DNA from: Batkoa obscura
Taxonomy: Eukaryota
Assembly (NCBI GenBank): GCA_030770535.1
Contig: JASVEC010000014.1
Span: 868,001-932,000 of the forward strand
DNA: 64,000 nucleotides
Direction: 5' to 3'
In this document: piece by piece, positions 63,137-64,000 of the stretch
How positions within the stretch are numbered: the stretch's first letter is position 1
How the letters are laid out: each line of letters starts with the position of its first letter
Translations under genes and position numbers: made by a program
The notes under the pieces: model-generated
Seen by the model: the letters and a program-made list of their open reading frames with translations, nothing else
Database searches by the model: none
Told to the model about the DNA's origin: nothing

Positions 63137-63901
63137 TTATTGTTTTTTCTTAGTTTCAGCCACTGGCTTAGCATTCCAATAGTAAGTCATTTGACCAGCG
63201 AGAACAGTATTGAGGAATAAAGCTAAAAGATAACTGGTTAGAATAATCTTATCATCAACCTCTTGGATGGTAGTAAAAACACGGGCTAAGGTACCAAAGA
63301 AGTAGTTGAAGATTGCAAAAGCTGATAAATGTCCAGTATGTCCGTTTTTATAGTTTGAGATAATTTGAGGGATTCTTGAAATTAATACAACTGGGATGGT
63401 ACAAGCCTGGAGCAATTGTAAAAGCTCACTATCAACAATAGTTGGGTTATTTAAAGTTGTGTAAAATATCGCTGCAGCAGCTAATAAAATTGAGGCAGTG
63501 AACAAGGAACCATTATAGTATAAAATTAATAAAAGGATAAAAGCATTTTGAAATGTAATTGCTAAAGTCTCACCCCAGGTAGAAAATGGATTTTCGGAAC
63601 GTAAGTTATAAACGATGGATATAATGTAACTAAAGGTTTCTAAAATATAAGATAATAAAGAAATACCTTTAGCTGACTTGGCTTTTATAATTTTAATAAT
63701 TTGTGGAATTTTAACAATACAACCACCAGCAACGATAACCAAACCTAATCCTTTTGATAAACCCAATTTCAAACAGTCTACATTTTTAAAGTTCAACCTT
63801 TCGACGATTTCTTCATAACAATAGGCTTCTCCTAAGATGGTAGTAGCTAACTCCTTTACGAATAATGGTAATTTTATAATTGCTTTTTGTTCAGTTGACA
63901 T
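63137..63901 (-). CDS. MPDU1: Mannose-P-dolichol utilization defect 1 protein (PQ-loop)
   Basis: CLKLGLSKGLGL, IVKIPQI, PFSTWGE, SRIPQI..NGHTGHLSA, ARVFTTIQEV. The first ATG is at 63901. Confidence 0.9.
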   Translation of the reverse strand: MSTEQKAIIKLPLFVKELATTILGEAYCYEEIVERLNFKNVDCLKLGLSKGLGLVIVAGGCIVKIPQIIKIIKAKSAKGISLLSYILETFSYIISIVYNLRSENPFSTWGETLAITFQNAFILLLILYYNGSLFTASILLAAAAIFYTTLNNPTIVDSELLQLLQACTIPVVLISRIPQIISNYKNGHTGHLSAFAIFNYFFGTLARVFTTIQEVDDKIILTSYLLALFLNTVLAGQMTYYWNAKPVAETKKKQ

Positions 63902-64000
63902 TTTCAAAATAAATTGTTTTTAAAGATTTGTATAAGTACTTAAGACCCTTTTATTGATTGGCTAATTCGCTTCATACTTTTACTCCAATAATATTTGATG

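Overview
Very AT-rich eukaryotic (fungal) genomic DNA with short GT-AG introns. Composition and gene content suggest an early-diverging fungus, possibly Conidiobolus-like Zoopagomycota; this is an inference, not proven. About 19 apparently intact protein genes: an MFS efflux transporter, a C2H2 TF, an orphan 9-exon coiled-coil gene, VPS39, BUD22, TFIIB, a Zn2Cys6 TF, NADPH-P450 reductase, NDUFS4, PUS3/DEG1, NDUFB7, BNA1, LST8, PPCDC, MLH1, MET10, HYPK-like and MPDU1-like, plus a tail-to-tail pair of intronless, signal-peptide-bearing prolyl oligopeptidases (POPs). Both POPs have an unusual CxxC next to the catalytic His. All five tRNA genes in the window are tRNA-Lys: four identical CUU copies with three consecutive G-U pairs in the acceptor stem (two form an inverted pair) and one UUU. 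About 20 copies of a ~105-bp MITE-like element (GGG...CCC TIRs, ATAT flanks) are scattered through the intergenic DNA. Three of them lie 72-111 bp upstream of tRNA genes in the same relative orientation. Also present: two decayed Zn2Cys6 paralogs flanking the intact TF, a second pair of decayed paralogs at the window start, two unrelated fold-back elements and a candidate structured ncRNA. All calls come from reading the sequence by eye; no database searches were run.
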